A DNA stretch of 64,000 nt, taken from NCBI GenBank assembly GCA_965232515.1, contig CBDDPY010000002.1:4192001-4256000 (forward strand), in the 5' to 3' direction. This document shows, piece by piece, positions 20,568-30,346 of this stretch. Numbering within the stretch: position 1 is the stretch's first letter; each line of letters begins with the position of its first letter. The notes under the pieces were generated by a model that did not search any database, was not told the origin of the DNA, and saw only the letters and a list, made by a program, of their open reading frames with translations. The stretch comes from Alphaproteobacteria bacterium (GTDB taxonomy: Bacteria > Pseudomonadota > Alphaproteobacteria > GCA-2731375). Made by a program: the position numbers and the translations under genes.

Positions 20568-21530
20568 ATGCAGAAAAATTCCGCTATAAAATATTTATCC
20601 GACAAACTGAACTCTACGCTTTCGAGCGCCATCTCAAATAATGAAAAGATATTCTATTTCGATTATCCGGTACATGAGAATCTGGGCGATTTATTGATAT
20701 ATCTCGGGACCGTCCGCTGGTTCGAAAAAGTAGAACTCGAAGTTGGCGGAAGTTGGAACTACAAGAACTTCACCTACCCGGAATTACCTAAGAGTCATAC
20801 AATTGTTTGCCATGGCGGCGGCAATTTCGGCGATCTATACGCCTATCAGAATTTTCGCGAGTCGTTGGTAACGTCCTATCCAGACAACAAAATCGTCATG
20901 CTCCCTCAAAGTCTGCATTTCGAAAAACCCGAGAACCTGGCGAAGACATCAGAGATATTGAACGCCCACCGTGATCTGCATTTGTTTTTCCGGGACACGG
21001 AAAGCCTGGACATCGCTCGCAGCCGCTTCGAGGCCCGCACCATCGACCTTGCGCCGGATATGGCATACTTCCTCCAGGATGATCTCGGCGCAATCCGGTC
21101 GGGCGACGGCGGCGCGCGGCGGTACAAGACCGTCTACCTGCTTCGCAAGGACATAGAAGCATCGGGCCAAACCATCGAACCGGATCCCGAACGATCATGG
21201 ACGGGCGACTGGGATGACGCGCTCGGGGGCTACGTGCCGTTCATCCGCGCGATCAGAAGAGTCAACGGCCGCCTCGGAAAGCACATGCCGGCCGGCTTGT
21301 TCGAGCGCGCCTGGCGCGCGACCGCCTGGCGTTTGGCGCTGAGATCCGCCGGATTGTTCAGGGATGCGGAAAGAGTTGTCACGTCAAGACTTCACGGTCA
21401 TATTCTGGCAAACTTGATGGGCGTGCCAAATATGTTGATAGATAACAGCTATGGAAAAAACAGAAAATATTTTGAAACTTGGCACAAAAACATGAATTTG
21501 GGCGAGTTATACGAACGAAAAAATCAATAG
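20568..21530 (+). CDS. Polysaccharide pyruvyltransferase, paralogue of 9641..10648
   Basis: NLGDLLI, HGGGNFGDLY, LPQSLHF, APDMA, TSRLHGHI, DNSYGKN. Confidence 0.9.
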   Translation: MQKNSAIKYLSDKLNSTLSSAISNNEKIFYFDYPVHENLGDLLIYLGTVRWFEKVELEVGGSWNYKNFTYPELPKSHTIVCHGGGNFGDLYAYQNFRESLVTSYPDNKIVMLPQSLHFEKPENLAKTSEILNAHRDLHLFFRDTESLDIARSRFEARTIDLAPDMAYFLQDDLGAIRSGDGGARRYKTVYLLRKDIEASGQTIEPDPERSWTGDWDDALGGYVPFIRAIRRVNGRLGKHMPAGLFERAWRATAWRLALRSAGLFRDAERVVTSRLHGHILANLMGVPNMLIDNSYGKNRKYFETWHKNMNLGELYERKNQ

Positions 21531-21603
21531 AAACAGAAATCGAAAGCCAAAATAACCGCGAACAACATCAATATCCTGCACATGGGCCGCGCCGCGTGGA
21601 AAA

Positions 21604-22314
21604 ATGATCAAAGAGTTAATACGAAAATCCCGGCGTCGTTATCTTTACATGATGTTGCCGCGTATCGCCAAGAACGTCCTGAAAGACAAACTCACATATC
21701 TTTCACCGGCGAAGTTCCACAGCCTTTATTCGACGCTGGACAGCGTGCAGCAGAAAAACGTGGCCGGGGATTTTCTGGAGTTCGGCATCGCGTTGGGCGG
21801 TTCGGCCATCTGTCTCGCATCGGCGCTGGACGGCGACAGACGCTTTCACGGATATGACGTCTTCGACACTATACCGCCGCCAAGCGATCGGGACGACGAC
21901 GATTCGAAAACGCGCTACGACCAGATTCAGGCGGGAAAATCAGAGGGCATCAAAGGCGATCGCTATTACGGCTACGAGGACGATCTCTTCCTCAAGGTCA
22001 GCGACAACTTTCGGAAGTTCGGCCTGTCCGTCGACGGCGAACGGATCGTCCTTCACAAGGGACTGTTTCAGAATACGGTGCGCTTCGCCGACGACGACCG
22101 GATCGCCCTCGCGCACATCGATTGCGACTGGCACGATCCCGTCGCCTTTTGCCTGGACGCGGTATCGGCAAAACTCAGCGCCGGCGGCTTTATGATTATC
22201 GACGACTACAACGACTATCGAGGCTGCAAAACGGCGACCGACAAATTCGTCGAAACGAATGCCGGGTTCGACCTCATCAAAACCGAGCCTCATGCCGTGA
22301 TTCGCAAACGCTAG
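21604..22314 (+). CDS. TylF/MycF/NovP-family O-methyltransferase
   Basis: GDFLEFGIALGGS, YDVF, HKGLF, AHIDCDWH, IDDY. Confidence 0.88.
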   Translation: MIKELIRKSRRRYLYMMLPRIAKNVLKDKLTYLSPAKFHSLYSTLDSVQQKNVAGDFLEFGIALGGSAICLASALDGDRRFHGYDVFDTIPPPSDRDDDDSKTRYDQIQAGKSEGIKGDRYYGYEDDLFLKVSDNFRKFGLSVDGERIVLHKGLFQNTVRFADDDRIALAHIDCDWHDPVAFCLDAVSAKLSAGGFMIIDDYNDYRGCKTATDKFVETNAGFDLIKTEPHAVIRKR

Positions 22315-22652
22315 AGTGACGTCACCAGCCTCTGCGACCGTTCGACCGATGCCCGCGAATTAGACCGATCTGGCGAGCCAGCGACGCCGCACGGCCATGC
22401 ACCGCATGACGCCCGACGTCGAACCGACCGAGCATGGCCGGAAAAACCGTTGGGCGAAAAAGTGTGGACCGGGTTATGTCTAAACGGGTCTAGTGTTTGA
22501 GTGAACTGTATTTCAAGCAATGGCAGATCACCGGCTGTAAGGCGTGTTCTGGCGCTGGAGAAGGAATGCAATCAGCTTGACGGAGGAAGGACATAGTTCT
22601 TTGGCCGAATTATAGGGCCGGCCGCTAACTTTCGATCAACCGACTTCGGGGC

Positions 22653-23594
22653 ATGGATATGAATTTATTGTTGGGTCGCATAGCAAATCTGGTACTCGTT
22701 CTACCCATTCAACACTCAAGGTTATTAAAATGGATGCTTCTTTCCTTATCCAGGCGTGTATTCAGACAAGTTGTAGATCCCTATAGCGCGCTTAAGGCCA
22801 ACTTTATTGAAGACGGTGATCGATCGACGTTCGATCGTGACGTTCGCATGGAAATCGTGAAGCGATTTGAGGCAATCGACAGAGGTGTCAACGTTGCATC
22901 GAATCCTTCAGACGGCTTGTTTCTGGCTCAAGCCATGTTGTCCCTTGATGGTCCTGGCTCGGTGATTGAGTGTGGATGCTTCGCCGGAGGCAGCACGGCC
23001 AAGCTCTCAATTCTTGCAAAGCTGACCGGGCGAGAACTTGTTGTATTCGATAGCTTCGAGGGATTGCCCGAGGTCGACTCATGGAACGAGGACGATCTGC
23101 ACGTCCGTCAGGGGAGCGAAACCGGGTCAAAATGGAAAAGCGGGGAATACAACGCGACGCTCGAACATGTGTCGGGGAATGTGAAGAAATTCGGCGAGAT
23201 CGAGGCATGTCGTTTCGTTCGGGGTTGGTTCAGCGATACGCTTATTGAAGAGAACCTACCGAACCAGATTGCATTTGCATTTACGGATGTTGACCTCGTC
23301 TCTTCCGCCCGCGATTGCTTGTTGGCGATTTGGCCGCGTCTTTCGGACGGCGCCGTCTATTTTACGCATGACGTAGCTTTCCTCAAAGTTTTGCAAGCAC
23401 TTACAGATCCCGAGGTCTGGCAGTCCTTCCGCGAGCCGCAGCCCGTTATTTTTGGCGCAGGCTACGGGCTCAGCGATGCCTCCCCCCATTTGGGCATGAT
23501 GATCAAGGGTGACCTGACGCCGGATTACCTTGAAAAGATCACCCTGAAGGTTTTTACCCACACAGTGGCGTTTGAGAAGCATGTGAACGGTTAG
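22653..23594 (+). CDS. TylF/MycF/NovP-family O-methyltransferase
   Basis: GSVIECGCFAGGS, FDSFEGLP, GWFSDTL, FTDVDL, FTHD. Confidence 0.85.
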   Translation: MDMNLLLGRIANLVLVLPIQHSRLLKWMLLSLSRRVFRQVVDPYSALKANFIEDGDRSTFDRDVRMEIVKRFEAIDRGVNVASNPSDGLFLAQAMLSLDGPGSVIECGCFAGGSTAKLSILAKLTGRELVVFDSFEGLPEVDSWNEDDLHVRQGSETGSKWKSGEYNATLEHVSGNVKKFGEIEACRFVRGWFSDTLIEENLPNQIAFAFTDVDLVSSARDCLLAIWPRLSDGAVYFTHDVAFLKVLQALTDPEVWQSFREPQPVIFGAGYGLSDASPHLGMMIKGDLTPDYLEKITLKVFTHTVAFEKHVNG

Positions 23595-23699
23595 CGCGCG
23601 GACCGCATGTCACCGAAATGCAAGCGTTCACCGGCGTGGGCAGCGTGCCAAAGCCGATCCGGACCGGCCACTTGCCGGCGTCACATGGGCAATCGCATG

Positions 23700-24911
23700 T
23701 CAGCGCCTCGATCGAACGGCGAAACGAACCAGCCGGCGGGCAATACGTCTTAGCGGACCGATAAACCTGTATTTCAACAACAACAGTCGGACCCGCCTGA
23801 ACGCTGGCGCGGACCGGCCATGCGCCTTTGCGTGATCAAGCAGCGACCGCAGCTCTTGGGCCTGGGCGTCCTGCCTGATCTTTATGCGGCTCAGGTCACG
23901 AATATCGAGCGCCGTTTCAAAGCACGGCGCTTCCTGGGCGCCAGCAGCGAGGAAATTCAGTTGCGTGCGCAGGCATTTTTCGCACTTGCCGCAATTTCGG
24001 TCCTGTCGTTTTCCCTCCCAGCAGACCTTGAGACTTCGGCAGGCCTGTTCATCCCGAAGCAACTGTTCGATCTTGTCCGTCCGTGAGAACCCGGCGCCGT
24101 CGTGGACGATGGTAAAGTTGTCTCCGGATAGCAGGTGGTCGGTGGCAGGATTCGAGCCCCATGGGAGGACCAACCCGTCATAGGGTTCTGAACTGCCCGC
24201 CAAACCGAATTCGTAGGCGTGCGCGTACTGATGGAGGCAGGCCGACAATTGCGGCAGAAATGAATCTTCCCACTTCTGCAGCCCTAGCTCTTTTATGTTT
24301 GTGCGAACGACGTGAAGCTCGAGACCCAACCTGTCAATGAGCGGCTCGCAGCGTTTGACTAACGATCTGAAGTCGCTGGCGTTGTCCAACTCGACGTCGA
24401 AGCCATGCACAACCAGCACGGCTGCAAGGTCGTAGGACTGGTTGCCAAGCCATCGACGGGCATGCCGCAGGGCCGTAAACGTTCCGTCGACGCCCCCAGA
24501 AAACGCCGAGATCGCCGTTCGGCTTCGGCGTTCGGGACTCGGATCGACGATTGCGTCGGGGACAACGTCAATCGGCTGATAGACATCCGGACGCCACATA
24601 TGCCAGGCGGCCTGGAACTCGGCGAGGTTCTGCATCGCGCGACGCGACATGGGTCCCCGCACCCGTAATGTGCGCGCCTGTCGCATGGCGTGCAGCACGA
24701 TGCCGAAGACGAAACCATCCAGCACCAGCGGTTCCGGTGCGTCTGGCATGTCAAAGCACTCGAAGTCGATATCCACCCGCCCGCCCGCATTGACGGCACT
24801 CGGGCCTTCGAGCGTCATGCGACGAACGGTTGTCCGTTCGCGCTGCGATTGGGAAACATGCAATGTCAGATCTTGCAACGGCGACTCCACGCTAAACGAT
24901 TGGCACGCCAC
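23700..24911 (-). CDS. Uncharacterised PP-loop (QueC-like) protein, paralogue of 7277..8485
   Basis: AFSGGVDG, HGFDV, PWGSNP, LKVCW-x6-NCGKCEKCLRT; start position uncertain. Confidence 0.75.
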   Translation of the reverse strand: MACQSFSVESPLQDLTLHVSQSQRERTTVRRMTLEGPSAVNAGGRVDIDFECFDMPDAPEPLVLDGFVFGIVLHAMRQARTLRVRGPMSRRAMQNLAEFQAAWHMWRPDVYQPIDVVPDAIVDPSPERRSRTAISAFSGGVDGTFTALRHARRWLGNQSYDLAAVLVVHGFDVELDNASDFRSLVKRCEPLIDRLGLELHVVRTNIKELGLQKWEDSFLPQLSACLHQYAHAYEFGLAGSSEPYDGLVLPWGSNPATDHLLSGDNFTIVHDGAGFSRTDKIEQLLRDEQACRSLKVCWEGKRQDRNCGKCEKCLRTQLNFLAAGAQEAPCFETALDIRDLSRIKIRQDAQAQELRSLLDHAKAHGRSAPAFRRVRLLLLKYRFIGPLRRIARRLVRFAVRSRR

Positions 24912-24981
24912 AGCGGCTCGTGAACAGGAAGAATGCCAGAGGTAAGAACCGGTCGGGCATCCGCCTGCCGCTATGGCGCTC

Positions 24982-26055
24982 CTAAGCCGAACTCCGCAAT
25001 CTCATCCAGGCCGCCGACCAGAGGTACCGCCGCAGCCGAAACAGAACTCGAAGCAATAAAAAGAGCTTCCGCCTGGCCTCGCCGCTTCGCACGATCACGC
25101 TGTAAAGCGTGACGCCGGCCTGCGCGGACACGGCGGCCAGATCGCGCGGACTGAGGCGGTGTCGGCGATCCGAGATGAAGCTTTCATAAAGCAGATCGAC
25201 GGCGGTCGCGCACGTGTCCGCTCCCCGCCAGGACAGGGGCTGTGAACGAGGATTGAGGTGTATGTCGAGCAGCTGCTCGAACTTTTCACGATGTATCTCG
25301 AGCGCCGGAAACTGCCGCTCGATGTTGGCGATGGCCAATCTCTTGTGGGTTTCGGTCTGCTCCGCGCGCCTGGCAACGCCAATGGCATCGTCGTGCCGTC
25401 GCCAAAGCACCAAGGCGCCCGGCAGCCGGGCGGCGGCGCCAAGCTCGGTCATCCGGATCCACATATCGTAATCCTCGGCTGACTTCGCCGAGTCGTCGTA
25501 TCTCAAGCCGTGCTCGCGCACGAGAGCGGCCCGGAACATCGCGCTGGGATGCAAAATGGGCGACCAGAAAAGCAGCTGCCAGCGAAACTGAGCCGGCGAC
25601 AGCGGTCGCGTCGCCTTCGCCAAGCTGCGCGCATCGTGGCCAGACCGCGCATTGCCGGCGCCGACGAGAACGACATCGGGATGGGCATCGAAATAGGCCA
25701 TTTGACGCGCCAGGCGGTCAGGAAGCGCAATATCGTCCGCGTCCATCCGGGCGATAAACCGCCCACGCGCCACCTCCAGGCCGATATTGAGCGTTTGCGT
25801 GAGCCCCAGGTTGCGCGGGTTTGGGAGCAGCCTTATGCGTCGATCGTCATAGCCCCTTAAGATCTCGGCTGTCCGATCTGTCGAGCCGTCGTCAATGATG
25901 ATGAACTCGAAGTCGGAGAAGCTCTGGCCGAGGATGCTCTCGACGGCCTCGGCCAGAAAGCGCTCGCCGTTAAACACCGGCAAGATGACGCTGATGGCCG
26001 GCGGAGCCGGTTTCGCATCCGTCTCTGCAAGCTGTGATCCACGCTGATCCGGCAT
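24982..26055 (-). CDS. Glycosyltransferase family 2
   Basis: ISVILPVFNGE, IIDDGSTD, ARMDADD, AEDYDMW; closest to 2648..3775. Confidence 0.92.
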   Translation of the reverse strand: MPDQRGSQLAETDAKPAPPAISVILPVFNGERFLAEAVESILGQSFSDFEFIIIDDGSTDRTAEILRGYDDRRIRLLPNPRNLGLTQTLNIGLEVARGRFIARMDADDIALPDRLARQMAYFDAHPDVVLVGAGNARSGHDARSLAKATRPLSPAQFRWQLLFWSPILHPSAMFRAALVREHGLRYDDSAKSAEDYDMWIRMTELGAAARLPGALVLWRRHDDAIGVARRAEQTETHKRLAIANIERQFPALEIHREKFEQLLDIHLNPRSQPLSWRGADTCATAVDLLYESFISDRRHRLSPRDLAAVSAQAGVTLYSVIVRSGEARRKLFLLLRVLFRLRRYLWSAAWMRLRSSA

Positions 26056-26159
26056 TCGCTACGACACTCCAAACGACGGGTCTTGCTCACGGGTGGGCAT
26101 GGCCGGTGTCGTGAAACAGCTTCTTATCGGTGACAGTTTCAATCCCGGCAACACAGGGG

Positions 26160-27320
26160 TTATGTCCCGCGCATCACCCCGCGTGGCTGGTTGGCGTCCC
26201 GCGCCATGACCTCGGCGACGAATGCCGCCAAAGCCCGGCGGTGTGATCGCAGATCGAAGTGTGACGCAACGTCGGCCGCGACATGCGACGCGCGCAGCGC
26301 CGTCGCCTTCTCGGACGACAGAAACGATACCCATTCATCCGCTGTATCAAGAAACACAAGGCCGGGCGTTTCCGGCAGCACCAAACCGCGGCCAGCAAAG
26401 CTTGTCGCCAAGGTCGGCATACCGTTAAAGAGCCCCTCGGCGAGTTTCACATTCACGCCCGAACCCGAAAAAATCGGACATATCATGATGTCGGAGATCT
26501 TCCAAACATCCTGAATATCTTCCACGAACCCATGGGCGACAACGCGCCGATCCGAGAATTTCAGCTTGTCGCTGCGCAGACCAAACAGGTGTACTCGGAC
26601 GTTGTCCGGCAAACCAGGCAGAACCTTGTCGACGAACCAGGCCAGACCTTCGCGGTTTGGCCACCAACTAAGCTTCGAAACATAACCAAGGTCCAGCGTC
26701 TGCTTGTCGACGGGTGGTGGCCGCTCGAAAGGAACATAGTCAAACATTGGCGGTACGCAAATAATGGGATATCCGGAAGAGTTCTCTCGAATGAATTTCA
26801 TGTCATCTGTAGAAATCGTTATGACACCGTCGACGTTTTTGAATGCCGAGCATTCGAAGTTCTGAAACTTGCGTAGATTCGATTCAAAATACGAGCCCAG
26901 AATTGGAACTTTCTCCCTAAATTTTTTCGTTCGCTCAGCATAAATATGATGCTCTATGTTGTGCGCGATCAAAATCTTCGGCACTTCTGGCGGCAATTGA
27001 TCCAACAACCAGAGGGTCGCGCCATAGTTGATCAATATTAGATCTATCTCGTTATGAGAAAGAAATTCAGATAATTCTAAAGAGAACTTTTTCGATCTTT
27101 CGTAAAGAACAAATGCCGGAATCTCCGACAACAGCGACCTGCCCGCCGAAAAAATCCTTGTAATTCTTTGAGACCCACAGATCAAACCATCGGATTTCAA
27201 ATACTTAATTTCAGCACACAACGGATTGCCACGAAATGCTTCGAGAACGCCCTTAGAGTACGCGGCACCGCCACCCTTTTGATTATCGAGATCAATTGTC
27301 GATAGACAAAGAACCCTCAT
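26160..27320 (-). CDS. Glycosyltransferase family 4, paralogue of 12815..13942
   Basis: Start MRVLCLSTIDLDNQKGGGAAYS at 27320; HNIE, WPNREGLAWF, CPIFSGSGVNVKLAE. Confidence 0.87.
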   Translation of the reverse strand: MRVLCLSTIDLDNQKGGGAAYSKGVLEAFRGNPLCAEIKYLKSDGLICGSQRITRIFSAGRSLLSEIPAFVLYERSKKFSLELSEFLSHNEIDLILINYGATLWLLDQLPPEVPKILIAHNIEHHIYAERTKKFREKVPILGSYFESNLRKFQNFECSAFKNVDGVITISTDDMKFIRENSSGYPIICVPPMFDYVPFERPPPVDKQTLDLGYVSKLSWWPNREGLAWFVDKVLPGLPDNVRVHLFGLRSDKLKFSDRRVVAHGFVEDIQDVWKISDIMICPIFSGSGVNVKLAEGLFNGMPTLATSFAGRGLVLPETPGLVFLDTADEWVSFLSSEKATALRASHVAADVASHFDLRSHRRALAAFVAEVMARDANQPRGVMRGT

Positions 27321-27592
27321 CCAATACTTCCCCAACTTTCTTGACGATCCAAGATGATGTGAGCTGCAAGCCCCGCACACTCGGACAAATGGTTTGATAT
27401 TTTGTCAACTATCGCGAGCAATGATAAGCCAAGCTCGCAAATGTTCAATCCGTCAAGACTGCGGCCAGCCAATCGTCAGTCGGGATCGTGCAAACTCGGC
27501 GCCCCTAAACGTCATCGACGCCATCGACGCCTTCGCCGCCGGCACAAGGGCGCCGTCCGTCGATCCCGACCGGCGGGCCGAATTGGACCGCG

Positions 27593-28678
27593 TCAGCCGC
27601 GGACGGGCTGTCCCGCGATCAGGTCGTTGAACAGGGTGCGATAGCGTTTGGCGATTTCGCGCCAGTCGTAACGTTCGCGCACGATTGTGGGAATCTGTTG
27701 CGGGTCGCGGACGTGGAGCTTTCCGTCGAGGAAAGCCTCGAGGCGCGCGTGGCATTGCCCGGCGCCGTCATAGACGAGCGCGGTCTCGTCCGGGACCACG
27801 GCGTCGGCGATGCCCTCGATGGCGCTGGTCAGCACCGGCAAACCCCAGGCGCCCGCCTCGATGGCGACGATGCCGAAACCCTCGGCGTCGCCCGGCACGT
27901 GGATGTTCGGCATCACGTAGAGATCGCCGTATTTGTAGAAGGCGTCGCGGTCGGGAAAATCGAGCGGCCCGAGCAAGACGATCCGGTCCCTGGCCGGCGA
28001 TTGCCGGATCGCATCCTCGACCAGGTGCCGTTCCTTACCCGAGCCGATGATGAAATAGCGGTAATCGGTGCGAGCCACCGCCGACAGCACCTCGCGCACG
28101 AACCATTCCACGCCTTTGCGCTTGGTGAAGTTGCCGATGGTAAAGAGCACCCGCTCGCCGGACGCGACGGCATAGCGTTCGCGCCAGGTCGCCTCGTCCA
28201 ACGCCTGGTCGTAGAAGGCCTCGAAATCGATGCCGTTCGGGATCACGTCGATGCGGCTCGGATCAATGCCGCGGGCGATGCAGACGTCGCGCGTGTAGCT
28301 GCTGACGCAAACCACGTGATCGAGCCGGCGTACGGCCGGCGGGATCAGCCGGCGGTAGAGCCAATGCTCGCGCGTCATGTCGAGGCCGTGGATGGTGATC
28401 GAGACCGGCCGGCGCGAGATCCACTTCAGCGCCAGCGCCACGGGCGCCAGCATGCCGTCGCCGAAATGCACCAGCCGGCAGCCCCAGACCGCGCCCAGCG
28501 CCCGGAAAAAGGCAATGACGGCGAAGATCGGGATCTGCTTCTTGCTGCCCTTGTGCGCGATCAGCCGGATCCGGAAGAACGGCGCAATGTTTTGAACCAG
28601 ATCGTGGCAATAGCGCGCCATGCCGCCGGTATGCGGCGGATAGTCCTTGGTGATGAACAGAATGCCGGGCTTGTCCAA
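27593..28678 (-). CDS. Glycosyltransferase family 4 (PimB-like)
   Basis: ITKDYPPHTGGM, IPNGID, KRKG, EGFGIVAIEAGAWGLPV; likely TTG start at 28678 just after the upstream stop. Confidence 0.88.
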   Translation of the reverse strand: MDKPGILFITKDYPPHTGGMARYCHDLVQNIAPFFRIRLIAHKGSKKQIPIFAVIAFFRALGAVWGCRLVHFGDGMLAPVALALKWISRRPVSITIHGLDMTREHWLYRRLIPPAVRRLDHVVCVSSYTRDVCIARGIDPSRIDVIPNGIDFEAFYDQALDEATWRERYAVASGERVLFTIGNFTKRKGVEWFVREVLSAVARTDYRYFIIGSGKERHLVEDAIRQSPARDRIVLLGPLDFPDRDAFYKYGDLYVMPNIHVPGDAEGFGIVAIEAGAWGLPVLTSAIEGIADAVVPDETALVYDGAGQCHARLEAFLDGKLHVRDPQQIPTIVRERYDWREIAKRYRTLFNDLIAGQPVRG

Positions 28679-28682
28679 GACG

Positions 28683-29723
28683 TCAGGCCCCGCCGCCGTG
28701 CATGGCTTCGACGGTCTCGACCATGGCGGCGGTGAGATCGATCTTCTCGGACAGCAGCTTCTCCTGCCGCGCCTTGGCGTCGGCCTTGACGTCGTCGAGC
28801 GCCAGCAGCTCGTCGAGGCGGGCGAGCGCGCGGTCCTCGTCGCTGGCGGTGAAGTAGTGCGCGAGGCCGTAGCGCTGCTCGATCTCGTCGATGACGCCCC
28901 GGCCGGAGCGCGAGACGAAGATCGCGTGGCTGCCGAGCAGGCAGGCCTCCTCGGCCATGGTCGCGCTCTCGCCGACGAACAGCCGGCAATAGGCCAGGAG
29001 GTGATGCATCTTCTCGACCGGCACCTTGGCGCAGTAGTGCTGGAACTCGGCCGGCACCGCGCCCTCAACCGAGAGGATCATCTGGCCCTCGCGCGCCAGC
29101 CGCTCGATCAGGCGGCGCTTGCCGCTGTCCGAGAAGCCGGTCTCGCCGACATCGTGGACGGATTCCCAGGCGACGAAGCGAACGACGAAAAAGGGTTTGT
29201 CCGGGCTCAGATCGAGCTTGGCCAGCACCGCCGGATCGGGCGTGAAGCGGTTGGGATGCAGATAGGCAAGCCCGTGAAAGCCCTCGTAGCGGCGGTGCGC
29301 CCGGCCCATGTCACCCACAAAGGACACCGGCGTCATATAGGCGTCGCAGAGCCGCGAGACCACGGCGTTGACGATGCGCGCGGTCTCGTTGTCGTAGTAG
29401 ACGATGGTCTTGGCCTTCATGAAGCGCCCGGCGATGGCGATCGCCGGGCCCATGCAGCCGATCATGAAATCGGGCTTGAACGACCGTGAGAGGCGCCAGA
29501 CGGCCCAGGCACGCCGCGCCAGCTCGGTCACCATGCTGACGGCGCCCTTGCGCTGCACGCTCAAGGTGCGATGCGGGATGCCGAAGGCCTGCAGCAACTC
29601 GACGGCGATGTCCTTCTCGCGCGCCGTCACCAGCACCTCGTGGCCGCGCGCCTGCATCTCGTCGATGAAGGCGCGAAACAGATGCACATGCGCGGGGTGC
29701 AGGATGTCGACCAGCAAACGCAT
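28683..29723 (-). CDS. DUF354-type GT-B glycosyltransferase-like protein
   Basis: DILHPAHVHLFR, TAREKD, YDNE, AYLHPNRF.PD, RFVAW..HD, GESATMAEEA.LLG. Confidence 0.8.
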   Translation of the reverse strand: MRLLVDILHPAHVHLFRAFIDEMQARGHEVLVTAREKDIAVELLQAFGIPHRTLSVQRKGAVSMVTELARRAWAVWRLSRSFKPDFMIGCMGPAIAIAGRFMKAKTIVYYDNETARIVNAVVSRLCDAYMTPVSFVGDMGRAHRRYEGFHGLAYLHPNRFTPDPAVLAKLDLSPDKPFFVVRFVAWESVHDVGETGFSDSGKRRLIERLAREGQMILSVEGAVPAEFQHYCAKVPVEKMHHLLAYCRLFVGESATMAEEACLLGSHAIFVSRSGRGVIDEIEQRYGLAHYFTASDEDRALARLDELLALDDVKADAKARQEKLLSEKIDLTAAMVETVEAMHGGGA

Positions 29724-29741
29724 TGGATACCGTCGTGTCAG

Positions 29742-30308
29742 CTAAGCGCCGCCGGCGCGCCGCAGAACGACAAGCTGATTGCAGCCCAACTCGAAGGTCG
29801 AATAGCGCTCGACCCGAAGATCGAATTCGTTGGCCAGGATTTCGAACCGCTTGCGGTTGTAGATGACAATATGGTCGTCCGCCGCCGACTTCGCGAACAG
29901 ACCCACCGCGGCGCCAAGACGATGCACGATATCGTTGCCGAACGGCGTCGGCGTGGTGACGACAATGCGGCCCTGCGGCTTCAGGCACTTGATAGCCTGC
30001 TCGAACAGATGACGCTGGTTGAAGATGTGCTCGATCAACGCGATCATCACCACCGTGTCGAACCTGTCATCCAGACCGAACCCCTCGATGTCGACATTCA
30101 GCGCGAAAAACTGCGAGTCGGGAAATTTCTGCTTCAGCTTTTCGACATTCGACGGGTTGTAGTCGATGCCGACATACCGGGAGATATTCTCGCCGCCCCA
30201 GATCTTGGTGTCGCCCGGTCCGCAACCGAGGTCCAGAACATCGCCGCGAATATACGGCCGCGCCTGCTTCATGCGCGCATCGCGAATATAGCCGGATAAC
30301 AAGCCCAT
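29742..30308 (-). CDS. Class I SAM-dependent methyltransferase
   Basis: Start MGLLSG at 30308; VLDLGCGPG, YVGID, FDTVVMIALIEH, LKPQG. Confidence 0.88.
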   Translation of the reverse strand: MGLLSGYIRDARMKQARPYIRGDVLDLGCGPGDTKIWGGENISRYVGIDYNPSNVEKLKQKFPDSQFFALNVDIEGFGLDDRFDTVVMIALIEHIFNQRHLFEQAIKCLKPQGRIVVTTPTPFGNDIVHRLGAAVGLFAKSAADDHIVIYNRKRFEILANEFDLRVERYSTFELGCNQLVVLRRAGGA

Positions 30309-30346
30309 GGGATTACGCGTTCCTGTGGTTGGCCGGACGCGGCGGA

